Origin: Camelus dromedarius
Lineage: Eukaryota
Assembly: GCF_036321535.1 (NCBI RefSeq)
Contig: NC_087437.1
Span: 114,330,001-114,394,000, forward strand
Direction: 5' to 3'
Length of the DNA stretch: 64,000 nucleotides
A model generated the notes under the pieces. It was given only the letters and a program-made list of their open reading frames with translations. It did no database searches and was not told where the DNA came from. Numbering within the stretch: position 1 is the stretch's first letter; each line of letters begins with the position of its first letter. The position numbers were made by a program, and so were the translations under genes. This document shows, piece after piece, positions 1 through 13,489 of this stretch.

Positions 1-82
1 TTATGTGAAGAGATACATCTTTCCACTGAATCCTAAGAAAGTAAGAGGACCTGAGTATTTGAAATTGGTTTTTTTTTTTAAG

Positions 83-118
83 TAAAATAAAATAAAATAA
101 AATAAAATAAAATAAAAT
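83..118 (+). repeat. (AAAAT)n microsatellite
   Basis: Direct tandem repeat of aaaat units. Confidence 0.95.
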
Positions 119-235
119 GGCAGCCCATAGGAGGGCAAGAAGTGCAGAAGAGGGATATGTTAAGAGCCCCAGGGACAGCCAACCTCACATGGTTGTCCCT
201 GTATGTACATGGTCTTTCAAACCTACACAATAGGA

Positions 236-457
236 CAGGGGTAGCAAGCTTTTCCTCCAAAGGGCTAGATGGAAAATATTTTACAGTCCTTGCAGGCTCA
301 GCCACAGTCATTCAGCTCCACTGCTGCAGCATGGAAGTTGTCACATGTAACAGATAAATAGATGAGTGTGCCTGGACCTACGGTTATTCATAAAACTATT
401 TACAAAAGCAGGCAGAGGGCTAGGTTTGGCCCGCTGGCCATAGTTTGCCAACCTCAG
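236..457 (-). mobile_element. MER58A-like hAT-Charlie MITE
   Basis: TIR-like ends caggggtagcaagc ... gtttgccaacctcag; internal taaaactatttacaaaagcaggc and ggcccgctggccatagtttgcc match the recalled MER58A reverse complement. Confidence 0.85.
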
Positions 458-1227
458 CTCTTAAAGGTAATACGAAAATTATTCTTTTCAAAGGAGATCA
501 GCATCTAGACTGACTCCAAATGTAGAAAATCACAGTCAGCTATCCAAAATCAATCACAAGCACTAGTTGTTGGCCTCTGACCTCAGGTAATTAGACTGTC
601 ATTCTCCAAGTTAAATTGAGTTTCATTGTCCTTAGAGCGTTTCACGTTCGCACTACTATCAAGGGTCGCTGCAAGGAGCTGCCATTGGCACTGTCCCTAA
701 CTGGCCTTGAATGTGCCCGCACAGGGGAGCAGGACTAATGGGTCCGCTGGAAGGCAGGTGCCCACAGAGCCTACAGGCTTGGGGGTGTGTGTGTGTAAAT
801 ATGAAAATACATTGTATCACTCCGGAGAGAAAATATTATTTTGACATTTGGACCTTCACACAAGAGAAAATACAGCTGAGATCGCCCAAGCAAAATGGTC
901 CCTATGATTTAAGATACAAAGATGTCTCCCAACCAGTTTTACAAATGAAATCTTTGTGGTTGATTTCTTTTAAGCCATGTAATTTTCCCTCTTGAATCAG
1001 ATGTTTTATTTCATTGGGTTATTATTTCCCTGGAGGTAAGGGACTCTGGCAGAACATCTTTACTAACTAACAGTAATCTACTCTTTCAGTGCCCTAGAAG
1101 TGTATAACAATAATAATTAAGTGCTTAGCTGGGCGGTGAGCGCGTCTCCTGTTCCTCCTCGTCACTGTCTTTTGAGCAACTTCATTCCCACCCATGTTCT
1201 TAAACTTCCCTGCTTTTCCGTCCAAGC

Positions 1228-1497
1228 TTTTTTTCTTTTTTTTTGATTGAAGTATAGTTGATTTACAATATTGTGTTAATTTATGATGTACAGCATAGTG
1301 ATTCATTTATAAATATATATGTGTGTATGTATATATTATGTATATTATATATATATATTCCTTTTCCTAATCTTTTTCATTATAGGCCATTACAAGGTAT
1401 TGAAAATAGTTCCCTGTGCTATCCAGTAGGAGTTTGTCATTTATCTATTCTATATATAGTAGTGTGTATCTGCAAATCCCAAACTCCCAATTTATCC
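1228..1497 (-). mobile_element. 5'-truncated L1 3' end (cetartiodactyl type)
   Basis: Poly-T, then gaagtatagttgatttacaat ... atagttccctgtgctat; reverse complement of the same 3'UTR seen at 7500-7683, 9140-9345 and 55586-55790. Confidence 0.9.
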
Positions 1498-1862
1498 ATG
1501 CATGTTTTATGTTTTTCTCCCTTTTCCTCTTATTTCAAACCAATGAAAAATAAACAACTTTTTTAAAGTTGAGGGTAGCAAGACTTATTTGTTGAAAGGT
1601 CATTTACAAAAATGTCTTTCACACAGCCTTTTGAGACAAATCTTTGAGAGCAAGAACATATGTCCAGTATATCACAGATCAGAGCCGCTCTAACTGTGCA
1701 ATAACCTAGAATATCAATTAACTATAACTATACCGCTAATGTTTTTTTCATGATTGAATCTCAGAAAGTTTCTTTAATTGATATCTGCTATTGGTTTGAC
1801 ATCAAAGTCAATTAAAAGCAGCATAGTATGACCATTATGCAATCACAGAGGAATAAGAAAAC

Positions 1863-1867
<5 letters not shown>

Positions 1868-1896
<29 letters not shown>
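1868..1896 (+). repeat. (TG)n microsatellite
   Basis: Direct dinucleotide run. Confidence 0.95.
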
Positions 1897-1898
<2 letters not shown>

Positions 1899-3449
1899 CT
1901 GACACAGAAGATGCACATTTGATCATTATGATAATAAATATATTTGTTGAGAGGCTGACAAATAACCAATGGCTTATTGATAATATCCTCTAATTCCCCT
2001 TCCTATTTCTAGGGGGAAAAAAAAAACACTGAAATAGAAAGGTAACACACTAAGTATAAAAATGAGAAAGCAGAGTGTCTCCTTGATACATAATACCAGA
2101 ACATTCTTTCATACCTACGACCAGGTTCCTCTCATGTCAAATGCAATCATACTGCCTATCTGCCAGCATCGAGAGGCACAAGTCAGAGGCACCATGGGAA
2201 AGCACCTTGAAATCAGTTGCGTGCTCTGCAAATGCAAGTCATTATCATAAATCCAATAGTTTGAAAAATCTGTCTTCCCAAAATGCCACTGTATTATCTG
2301 CAGGATCTAAAAGATCAGTTTATCAAATTAGTATTTTTCATGGTGTGCTGTGGGTTAAAATAATCACACACACAATCAGATCCCATGGCTGACTACCCAC
2401 AACACTTCTTTTGTTTTTTTTCATCTGGGATGAGATTCTATTTTGTTACTGTACAGTAAAAAATTCCATTAACCCTTGGTGGTTCACTTGTTAACTCTTA
2501 GCAGGCTAGAATTTCTTTTATTACTGACTTTGGACTCTCTTTCTTATACAGTCAATAAGGTTAGAAATAGAAGGTACCTGAGATATGAGGAGCTGTCTGT
2601 CAACTGACGTGGAAGTTTCTAAAGGTGCAGCTCCTGGGGTGTCAGGGGCCAGGAGGAGTACAAGATGAAGACGTTACCACCACAGAACTAAATGCCTTCC
2701 TGGTCCACTCTCTATCTGCAGCCCTAGCCACACAGGAAGTACTGGCATCTTCCGAATACTTTATATACAGTGTGTCTCACAAACACAGAGGGGATCTAAT
2801 GAATGGCAGTTTAGAGTGGTCCATACTCTGGAGCCGACAGTCCTAAACTCCAATCCATGGACCATCACTTAATGTTCTGAGACCCCTGGGTGGTAGTCAG
2901 CATCCATGAACTTAACTTCCTATAATGGATATTTGCTGCAAACACACGATGTAGTGTGTGATCCAGGCTTGATAAATCAGATAAGCCCTCAAGAGATTTT
3001 AACATAGCAGAGAACAACTTAGGGAAGCATAAGCTCCCTGTCATTTTTGTCTTTTGTGACGGAGGCAATGGAAGCCAGCTTCCTCCAGCTTTGGGGAACA
3101 TCAGCAAAAGAGACCTCCAGCATCAGTGATTAAAAACTGTGGTATCTGTGCCTTTGAGGGTGGCAGAGTGGTCTTCACAAAGACTTTCTATCCTTACAAG
3201 AATCTGTGAGCTTCCCAACAAATCATGCATTAAGTTCCATTTCTATTTATGCACATTGGAGTATGTTCTTCTGTTTCCAGCTAAGAAGCCCATCAAATTC
3301 AGTTGCTCCATTTATCAAATGGAAACGATACGTGTGTGTCACAAAAATTTGAGGACTACCTGGGACAACTCAGCAACGGCAGCTGGAGCACAGGAAAAGC
3401 ATCCGTCAAGTGTCAGTTCTACTTCCCTCATCTTTCAGTCATCAAATAC

Positions 3450-5290
3450 TTTCAACACTATACTTATTTTCTTCCTATTAGCATGTTAGTTATGTCTTTT
3501 TTCGATGTCTAACCTAATGATTACAACACGCTTTCTTGATATATCAGTCTAACACATGAAGTAATTTTTATCATCCAAATCCTACTAGAACTTTAAAACA
3601 GTTTAACTCCATTTATCTCCCTTCCACCTTTTGCTTTATTGTTATTACACGTTTTTCTGCATCTATTTTAAACTTCAAAAGACATGCAATTATTGCTTTG
3701 CACAACCAAGAATTATTTCTATATAGCCACATGTTTGTTCCTGCAATAGTATTCATTTCTTCCTGTATTTCCTTATTATCATGTGGAATCATTTTCCTTC
3801 TGCCTAGAGAAAATAAGCTTTTTTTCTTTTAAAACAAAAATGCCAGCAATGAATTCTCTCCATTTTTATTTGTCTAAAAAATATCTTTACACCACTTTCA
3901 TTGTTGAGAAATATTCTTAATTCTAGATTGGCAGTGATTTTCTTTCGTCACTTTGAGGATGTCATTCTATTGTTCTGTGAATTTCATTGTTCCTCATAAA
4001 CTTCCAACTGTCAGTCTTACTGTTGTTCTTTTAAAGATAGTATGTCTTTGTTCTCTAGTTGTTTTAAGATTTCATATTTTACTTCTGCTTTCAGCAGTTT
4101 TGATGTGATGTGCCCATGTATGTATTTCCATTGCTTGGGATTCCATGGATTTCATGAATCTAGGGATTCAGTTTGATTAAATTCTCAGACATTATCACTT
4201 TGAAAATTTCTTCTGCCCTATTTTCTTCCTCCATTCATTGAGGGAATTCAATTATATATATATTGGATCTTTTTTTTTGCATATTCCACATGGCTCTAAC
4301 ATATCTATCTTTTATTAAATCTGAACTTAAAAGCTATTGGTTTGTCTTCCAGTTTACAATGTTCTGCTATGTCTAACCACCTGCTAAGCTCAATATATTC
4401 TTAATTTCAAATGTTGTATTTTCCCATTTTTGAGCATCCATTTGATTTTTTATATATTTTAATTCTTTGGTAGAATTCTCCATCATTTTATCTCTTTTAT
4501 CTATTTTCCTCCATTTCTTAACATTAACCGTAGTTATCTTTAAATCCATGGCTACTGATCCCAATATCTGATCATCTGTGGGCCATCTTCTATTATCTTT
4601 TTTTCTTCATTATCAGTCATCTTTACATGTCTTGTAATTTTTATTGCACACCAGACATAAAAAATGCAGAGATTCCAGATGATTTTATCATTCACTAAAG
4701 AGAATTTCTCCTTCCTTTAATAGGCAGATAGTGTGATAAACTAATCATTCAATCCACTAATGGGTTAGGGTTTAATTTTAGTAAAACTCATAATACTCCT
4801 GTTTTTTATTTACTTCTAGGGCATGGACATCCTAGGTTCTTATTGAGATTCCAGTGAGGCCTTTGTCTCCTCAGTCCTGAAAGATTCTGAGTGTTCCACT
4901 CTTGCCCTTCAGAGGTTTTCAACTTATTTCTCCATCCTTTCATCCAATGCGGCCTCGAAATTTGAAAATTTCCTAATGGGGAGACTAGCCAAAGGTCTGA
5001 TGCAGGTCCTTCCTCTCCTCCTGGGGAGGAGTCTTTGTTTTCTCATGCCATATCCAGAACTGGCAAATGATTACGGAAGGGTGAAGAATCGCTGATGATT
5101 GGCAGCTCACCCTGGAAGGGGTCTCTCCTTGGAAAGCTAGTTTATCTGGTCCTCGTTGCTTTTATAGCTCTCTGGTACCTATAAAAATAGCCTTTTTGTA
5201 AATTTATAAATTATCTGTTTCTTTCTAATTGTTGCAGCAAGAGCACTGACCAAGACTCTCTACAGTCTACTTGGGAGAAGAAGTCCTTTT
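3450..5290 (-). mobile_element. Old L1 (L1M/L1ME-type) ORF1 and 5' region, decayed
   Basis: T-rich strand with L1M ORF1 antisense motifs (gaattctctccatttttatttgtct; tttctttcgtcactttgaggatgtcattc); ORF 4373-4564 resembles the ORF1 coiled coil (MENSTKELKYIKNQM). Confidence 0.7.
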
Positions 5291-5976
5291 CCCACTCTGT
5301 AACAGATGATGTACTTGGTGACTTGATGCTTGTTAAAAGCCCCCAAGTTTATCGTTAATAACAGGAGAACCCAGAATAAAAGCACAGTTACAAGCAGCTT
5401 AATTGTTGGATTTTATGGAAATATTAAATTGTGTTTATTTCATTCTAAGGTCCATAGAACATTTCACTTTGTATAAGATCCACTTTTTATAGACAGACCA
5501 AGTTGACAGAATTTACATCACAATTTATAGTTCAGATTCATTTCAGTCATTCCACTTATAGTTACTACAAGTCAAAATAAGGTCATTGTGACAGAGGAGA
5601 ATCATTTTGCCTACCATTTTAACCTTTCAGTTAAGACATGCTTGTAATAAATTATTTGTTTTTTGTTAGGATAACATGGAATCATATTCTCTCACCTGCA
5701 GTCATGATAAGTTTCATACTGATATAACAGAAAAAGAACTGATTGTGGAAAAAACTGGAAAGAAGACAGATTTCTAATAGATTGATCCTATTTATTAAAA
5801 GGTGCTAGACATTATTACTGCAAAAATGGTCTCCAAGCAACCCCAGGCACCAATTGCTGCATTGAGGAAGATGAAAATGTGAGAAATTACATCACATGAT
5901 GTGTATAAATCTAAGAAAGGTGGCATAGAAGTGTGAGTGCTGAGAATCCACCAAGCACTAATAAAAAGACTGACTT

Positions 5977-7744
5977 ATATTTTTCACAGAAATAGAACAA
6001 ATAATCCTAGAATTTATATGGAATCACAAAAGACCCAGAATTGCCAAAGCAATACTGAATAACAAGAACAAAGCTGGAGGAATAACCTGCCTAGACTTCA
6101 GACACTACTACAGACCTGCAGTAATCAAAACAGCATGGTATTAACACAAAAACAGACATATGGAACAAGAGAATAGAATAGAGAGCTCAGAAATAAGTCC
6201 ACACACTTACAGTCAATTAATCTTCAACAAAGGAGGCAAGGATGCACGGTAAAGAAAAGACAGTCTCTTCAGCAAGTGGTGTTGGGAAAGCTCGCAGCCA
6301 CATGGAAATCAATGAAATTAGAACACTCCCTCACACAGTATGCAAAAATAAACTCAAAATGGCTTAAAGACTTAAACATGAGATAAGACACCATAAACTT
6401 CCCAGAAGAGAATGTAAGAAAAACATTCTCTGATGTAAATCGTAGCAGTGTTTTCCTAGGGCAGTCTTCTAAGGCAATAGAAATTAAAGCAAAAATAAAC
6501 AAATGAGACCTAATTAAACTTACAAGCTTTTACACAGCAAAGGAAACCATAAACAAAACAAAAAGACAAACTACATGGAATGGGAGAAAAATTACATGGA
6601 ATGGGAGAAAAACCCTTGTCAGATGCTACTGACAAGGGTTTAATTTCCAGAATATACAAACAGCTCATACAATACAATAACCAAAAAACAAACAACCCAG
6701 TCAAAAAGTGGGCAGAAGACCTAAACAAACATTTCTCTGGTGAAGACATACAAATGGTCAATAGTCACATGAAAAAAAAATGCTCAATATTACTAATTAT
6801 CAGAGAAATGCCAATCAAAACTACAATGAGGTATCACCTCACACCAGTCAGAATGGCCATCGTTAAAAATATCCACCAATGATAAATGCTGAAGAGGGTG
6901 TGGAGAAAATGGAACCCTTCTACACTGTTGGTCGGAATGTAGTTTGGTGCGGGTATTATGGAAAATGGTATGGAGACTCCTTAAAACACTGAAAATAGAG
7001 TTACCATATGATCCAGCAATCCCACTCCTGTGCATATATATATGGAGGAAGCTCTAATTCAAAAAGATATATGCACCCTAACGTTCATAGCAGCACTATT
7101 TACAACAGTGGAGACATGGAAGCAACCTAAATATCCATCCACAGATGACTGGATAAAGAAGTTATGACATGTGTGTATATATATATACATACACACAATA
7201 GAATACTACTTAGCTATAAAAAAAGAATAAAATAATGCCATTTTCAGCAACATGGATGGACCTGGAGATCATCATTCTAAGTGAAGTAAGCCAGAAAGAG
7301 AAAGAAAAATACCACATGACATCACTCATATGTGGAATCTAAAAAAAAAAAAAAAAAAATGAAAGAAAGAAAATAAAAGGGAAGACACTAAAGAACTTCT
7401 CTACAAAACAGAAACGGACTCACAGACATAGAAAACAAACTTATGGTTCCCAGAGGGAAAAAGGGGTGGGGGAGGGTAAATTGGGAATTCGAGATTTGCA
7501 GATACTATTATATATAAAATAAACAGCAAGGTCCTGTTGTATGGCACAGGGAACTATATTCAACATCATGTATAGACTATAATGAAAAAGAATATGAAAA
7601 GATACATATATGTACAACTGAGTCACTATGCTGTACACCAGAAATTAACACAACACTGTAAATCGACCATACTTCAATTAAAAGCAGGATGAGGAGGAGG
7701 AGAAGAGGAAGAGGAAGGAGAAGGCGGAGAAGAAGAAAAAGAAA
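5977..7744 (+). mobile_element. 5'-truncated L1: ORF2 C-terminal remnant, 3'UTR and purine-rich tail
   Basis: Translates to [26 protein letters not shown] and [12 protein letters not shown]...[12 protein letters not shown]...[22 protein letters not shown], typical L1 ORF2 with stops and frameshifts. Probable TSD core actgactt at 5969-5976 and 7745-7752. Confidence 0.95.
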
Positions 7745-8944
7745 ACTGACTTCTTACATGGTCCTGAAAGCCATTTATTCTAGGAGCACAGTGACTCTGG
7801 GGAGTTCACTGATGGTTCTTCTGGAAGAAGAATGTGAAAGGGCCTTATCACTAGATCATGGACTAGATGATGTTTGTCTTAGTTTCCAGTTCCTCTGCAT
7901 CTCCACGGCTACACGCCCTTTACAGAACCCCTCCACAGCCACCTAACCGATGTCTTCTTTTGTCATAAAGTGTGCAGGCCCTCTTTAAGGCACATCACTT
8001 TAGAGCTATACCACCTTCACCTTCACAGATTCATCACTGCCCTTCCCCCCACCCCACCACTATGTTGATGCACCTTCATTGTTAGAGACTCGCAAGGATA
8101 GCAGAATGGGAATTTAAGAAGAGAAATACTGGAAGGCCTTTCTATCCCAACAGCGAGGCACAGCCCACCTTACATAATGTACAAGGCCAGCCCCAGTCAG
8201 AGCGATTGAGGAAATGGGTGGTTCTTCTCACAGCGGGCCTGGGAGAGCAGTGGTATTGTTAATTGTTCACCATTTCCAGTCCATTCTTTGGATGCACCAA
8301 CTCTATGCTGTCACAGCTGGTGAAAAATTTAAAGGTCACTTTTATTTTTCCAATCAACAGCTTGATGTGATCCAATAAAAATGCAATTCCTTTAATGCAC
8401 AAGCTAATGCACTAGGAAATTGAGGTCTAGAGCCCCCATCCCTGGCAGACACACAGGTAATCTCTTCCCTGAAACAGACCTTTCCTTCCCAGCAGAGGGT
8501 ATAAATTATTTGTCTAAACAATCTCCCACTCTTAATACAAAAGCTCTGTCAGTGTTGAAATTTGGGTGGGGCCCACCAAATCTAAGGCTCTATATAGTTC
8601 AGGGGGAAAAAAATCAAATGTTTGGTATGATGAGAGATCAAATGAAATCAAAACATGCTACCTTGCCAAGCACTTCCAGCAGCCAAATACCTATACTAGA
8701 TCGAGCTGGCTGGCTTAGACTTAAGGTCAAAGAGGTACTGCTTAAAGATCTTTCAGTATTGTTCCTTCAACAAATGGCCGGCTTTCTTATACTTTCATCA
8801 AGCAGAGCTTTTAAAAAAGCTTCAAGGGCTTGAAATGAATAGTTTCTCCGATATTTTATTTTGACATAAATATATTTATGGCAGAGTAGAGAGAGAGCAT
8901 TTTTTAAAACATATCATCTACACTTTTTAAAATGTCCAAGATAA

Positions 8945-9348
8945 TCTAGGGATTATCATACTAAGTGAAGTAAGTCAGAAAGAGAAAGACAAATATCATA
9001 TGCTATCACTTACGTGTGGAATCAAAAAAAAAAAAGATACAAATTCTTTTTACAAACCAAAAACAGTCTCATGGACATAGAAAACAAACCTATCGTTACC
9101 ACAGGGGAAAGGGCAGGGAGGGATAAATTAGGGGTTGGGGATTAATAGACATACATCACTATATAAAAAAATGGATAATAAGGACCTACTGTATAGCACA
9201 GGGAACTATATTCAATTTCTTGTAATAACTTGTAATAGAAAAGAATCTGAAAAGAAAAAATACATATGTATGTACATGTATAACTGAATCACTTTGCTGT
9301 ACACCTGAAACTAACATTGTAAATCAACTACACTTTAATAAAAAAAAT
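8945..9348 (+). mobile_element. L1 3' end fragment
   Basis: ctaagtgaagtaagtcagaaagagaaagacaaatatc ... gcacagggaactatattcaa ... poly-A; paralogous to 7270-7683. Confidence 0.92.
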
Positions 9349-9900
9349 TTAATAAAAATGAAAATATGTCCATAATAGGTGGTATATTGGTACATTTTTG
9401 CTCATTGCAGTGAATGACCAAACTACTAAGATGATGACTAAATGACTGCCCATTTCTTTGGTACGTCCAGCTCTAGCCAGGTTCTCCACCCTCTCCCAGG
9501 TACCCAGAACCAGCTTAATTTTATTCAGCAAAAAGTTTAGTTAAGCCGAGAATATTTTTATCTGCGTCACCCAACATGTATGCCTGATTTTTGTTCCTTA
9601 TTGCAGCATTTAGCTATACTTGAAAACCACATTTTGACACAGCCCCCTTTATAAAACACCTAAAATCTAAAATCTCCTGCCACTTCTCAGTGCTAAAATC
9701 TTTATCCATGTTTGCATCAGCTTATTGGATTAGTATGTCTCTGATTCAATAATACGTGGATTCAGAGAGACTGAGAGTCGATTCAGGTCCCTGCTCACCC
9801 AAACACAACTACACACGGAGAAATCCTGTGTGACACAGTCTATACGATGGGTGTTAGTTTTGGCTCCCTAACCTAGCTTCAACAAAAGAATCCACCACGA

Positions 9901-10095
9901 AATAACAACGGCCAACTTTGCAGATCACTGCAATTTTATAATGCGCTTTCGCAACCATTATCTCATTTGAGCCTCATAAAAACTCTATGAAGTTGACAAA
10001 GCAGGCATTATCCTTATTTTAAAGATTATGAAATTAGGACCCAGAGAGGTTAATTACCTACCCAACCACCCCTTGCTAGTAAGTGGCAGAGTCCC
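9901..10095 (-). mobile_element. MIR SINE
   Basis: attatctcatttgagcctcat ... cccagagaggttaattacctaccca ... gctagtaagtggcagag, MIR core reverse complement. Confidence 0.75.
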
Positions 10096-10502
10096 AACAG
10101 TGCGATGGTCCCAGCACATCACACAGCCTCAGAAAACCCCGATTAATTTCATCTTAGCACAAAGCACAGGACTTATTAGAGTATTATTATCAGCTCTTAT
10201 TGGGATAAATAGCTCTTGAAATTAAGCCTTCTGAATGTGGTGACAAGTTATTACAAAGCTCCTTCAGACAATGTTTCCCACCATTGTGCTTAAACGTCTC
10301 TCCTCTCCCTTTCCACGAGCTCACATGGCTCTTCTTCATCTGTTTGCATTTTAAGTATTACAAATATCTGATTGCATGAAAATGGCTGGGAAGCACTATT
10401 TTAATGTTCAGTTTGTGATGAGAGACCATCCCGACTGTAATAAGTTACTGCTCTGCAGGATCGACCCAGAAATTGCATGACAACCTTCCCTCATTCTATT
10501 TC

Positions 10503-10682
10503 GATCCTGTCTTTATTTTAAATTTTCATGGTTTTTTCATTGTGGATTTTTATACTAACTTTTATTTTTTTTAAAGACTGTGTTACAATGTCATTTGTCT
10601 CGATTACTGAGTTTTCTGGTGCCCCCTTAAATTTCATGCCAGGGGCAACCGCCTCACTTGCCTTGCCCAAGCCCCAGTCCTG
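10503..10682 (-). mobile_element. hAT-Tip100-type DNA transposon end (Zaphod/MER91-like)
   Basis: gattactgagttttctggtgcccccttaaattt ... gcctcacttgcct ... agtcctg resembles a recalled Tip100-group terminal sequence. Confidence 0.6.
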
Positions 10683-10690
10683 TATATTTT

Positions 10691-10839
10691 ATTTATTTTA
10701 TTTTTAGGGGTTTTATTTTGGGGCAGAGATAATTAGTTTTATTTATTTATTTATTTTATAATAGAGGTGCTGGGGATTGAATCCAGGACCTCGTGCATGC
10801 TAAGCTCACACTCTTACCACTGAGATATACCGTCTTCCC
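10691..10839 (-). mobile_element. Vic-1-like tRNA-derived SINE
   Basis: Reverse complement of the tRNA-Ala-like head (ggggattgaatccaggacctcgtgcatgctaag) with (ttta)n tail; flanking direct repeat cccagtcctgt(a/t)tatttt at 10673-10690 and 10837-10854. Confidence 0.9.
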
Positions 10840-11051
10840 AGTCCTGTTTATTTTAAATCTATCTTTTCTGGTTAAAAGCAGATAGGTATTCCAGGGTCAG
10901 GTTACTTAAATGCTTTGATCCCTCATTACTCATCATAATCTTGTATTCTAAGAGTATTTAACTCATACAATCATTTAGAAGATGTCTGGTATATGGTAAA
11001 CATAGAAAAAAATGATAGCCCTTGTTAAAATTATTACCATTTTTTCTTGTT

Positions 11052-11514
11052 AATTTTTAAAATTTGTCATGTGGTAAAATACACATAACATCAAATTCAG
11101 CATCTTAACCATTTTTAAGTGTACAGTTCAGTAGTATTAAGTATAAACAATCTCCAGAACACTTTTCGTCTTAAATGACTGAAACTCAGTACTCACTAAG
11201 CAATTTCCCATCACTCCTCACCCAGCCCCTGGCAACCACCGATCTTCTTTCTGTCTCTATGAAATTGACTACTCTAGGTGCCTCGTTTAAGTGGGATTAT
11301 GCAGTATCCATCCTTTCATGTCACACTTATTTCACTGAGCATAATGTTTTCAGGTTCATCCATGCTGTAGCATGTGTCAGAACTCCTTTCCCTTTTAAGA
11401 CTGAGTAATATTCCATTGTGTGCATATACCACGTTTTTGTTCATCATGGATCTATTGATGGACATTTGAATTATGTTCACCTATTGGCTATTGTGAATAA
11501 TGCTGCTACAACAT
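11052..11514 (-). mobile_element. L1MB-type 3' end
   Basis: gtggtaaaatacacataaca ... cccagcccctggcaaccac ... ttcatccatgctgtagcatgtgtcag ... gtgaataatgctgct. Confidence 0.88.
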
Positions 11515-12134
11515 AATGAAGAAATTATTACTATTATTTTTATTCTTGTCTTTTCATTTCCTCCACTATATCTGACAGTGCACAGAATGAGGGCTTGTCT
11601 ACAGAGTGAATGATAAAACCATCCTGGAATTATTCTGACACAACCTTGGTGCTGGTCTAGCTTCAGAGAGGTGCAGTCTGCAGGACTCAAAAATATTAAC
11701 TTTTCATCATTTATTGATTGAGCCTAAAGTTTTGTGACTGTAGTCCTGGACTGATTCAACCAGTGAGTGGAGAACACAGAACAAGTCAGTGCTTACAACC
11801 CCTCTGTCAAACGGAGAAGCATCCATGGGTAATCCTCTGAATCTGTCAGCCAACATCTGTTAGCTCCTTTGGCAAAAACTGTGTGATGTACAAAATTTTT
11901 TCCCAAGATATCCTGCATTTGCATTAAGAATTCCTAGAAGCTCGTGCCTTCTGAATAACGGGTGAACTCCAGGGAAAAAAACTTAATATATTATCATCAA
12001 AACACAGATTCTTTCAGCTGCATTACAAGGGCATTAATAGATGATAGAACTGAGAATTCTCATCTTCTTTCTTTCATCCAAATATATTTTCTTTCATTCA
12101 AAGATACTGAGCACCTAGGAAGAACCAGATAACC

Positions 12135-12715
12135 AAGACCAAGCCACGATGAGAAGCGTGGAACTTTCAGTCCCACTTCCCTGTACTCCAGGACTGAGTT
12201 AATAATTGATCATGCCTAGATGATGAAGCCTCCAAGAAAATCCCTGAACTACGGGATTTCAAAAGCTTCCGGGCTGGTGAGCATCCATGTGCCGGGAGGG
12301 TGATGTGCCTGGAAAAGGCATGGAAGTTTCACACCCCATCCCACGTACCTTGCCCTAAGTATCTCTTTCACCTGCCTATTCCTGCATTGTATCCTTTTAT
12401 AATAAGTCAGCAATCTAGCAAGTAATCTATTTTCCAGAGTTCTTTGAGATTTTCTAGCAAATTATCGAATCTGAGGAGGGGGTCATGGGAAGCTCTGATT
12501 TATAGCTGGTTGGTTAGAAGCACAGGTGATAACCTGGAAGTGGTAGTGGGGGGACAGTCTTGTGGGACTGAGCCCTTAAACTGTGGATCTCGATTGAATT
12601 GTAGGACACCGAGCTGGTGTTGGATAATTGGTCAGTGTGGGGAAAAAAACCCTACACATTTGGTGGCCAGAAGTGAAGTGTGAGAGTAAAGGAAAGCAGT
12701 GCGTTTTCCCTAGAC
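12135..12715 (+). mobile_element. MER21-like ERVL LTR
   Basis: gatgaagcctcc ... agcttccgggctggtgagca ... ccttgccctaagtatctcttt ... ctagcaaattatcgaatctgaggagggggtcatggga ... cacatttggtggccagaagt. Confidence 0.8.
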
Positions 12716-13089
12716 AGCACCATTCCACATGGAAACTCTCAAAAACTCTCAATCATTCTCAGGTCCTAAGTGCCTGGCACAGAAAAGATGCTCAAATAAA
12801 GTTGAATATTACTATTACTCGGACGACATAAGTATGTGTAACTGAAGTTGTCATAACTACCAGAATTGAGACAATAAACTTCCATTATTCTAAACCACTC
12901 AGCTGGTGGTACCTCATTAAGGCAGACCTAGTAAACTAAGGCATCTAGGATTCAATAAGATAATGGAAAGGAAGTGCATAGCTCCACGCCTGATCTGTAA
13001 CGGATGCTCACAAGCTTTTGTAGAAGAGATCGATGTTCTTTCAGGAGCCCAGTCCCCATGTTGAACCCCTAGTGCACACTGCACTGGGA

Positions 13090-13290
13090 TACTTAGCACG
13101 CATTCCCATCTATAATTCTCACAGCAGCCCTGTGAGATGTGGGAACTTGTCAGCCTCGCCCACTGTAGAGATGACGGAACCACAGACTCAAGATGTTAAG
13201 CAACTTGCCCAAGGTGAACAGCGAGGACGTGACCACAGTGTGTCACCGACTCGCTCAGGGTTAAGTCGCCAGGCGTCCTGACTGTACCAG
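13090..13290 (-). mobile_element. MIR SINE
   Basis: aattctcacagcagccctgtgagatgt ... gttaagcaacttgcccaaggt. Confidence 0.75.
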
Positions 13291-13489
13291 CGTCACTACA
13301 GGAATGGCGGAGTCAGAGTTGTATAAAATCCTTTCTCATAGGAAGATGTAATATAAGTGCCCCACACTATTGTAAAGCACATTCTAAGCCCCCTCAGTGG
13401 ACACTTTAACCGTAGACTCTGGGGGTCTTGTATAATTCAATCCCACTGAAAAGACAGGTCACTGGAAAGGACAGATATATGAAGGGCAC

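Noticed and set aside
6580..6882. 100-aa ORF with protein-like sequence
   Set aside because: Fragment of L1 ORF2 in a truncated, frameshifted element; not a host gene.
7689..7946. Arg-rich, protamine-like ORF
   Set aside because: Translation of the GA-rich L1 tail.
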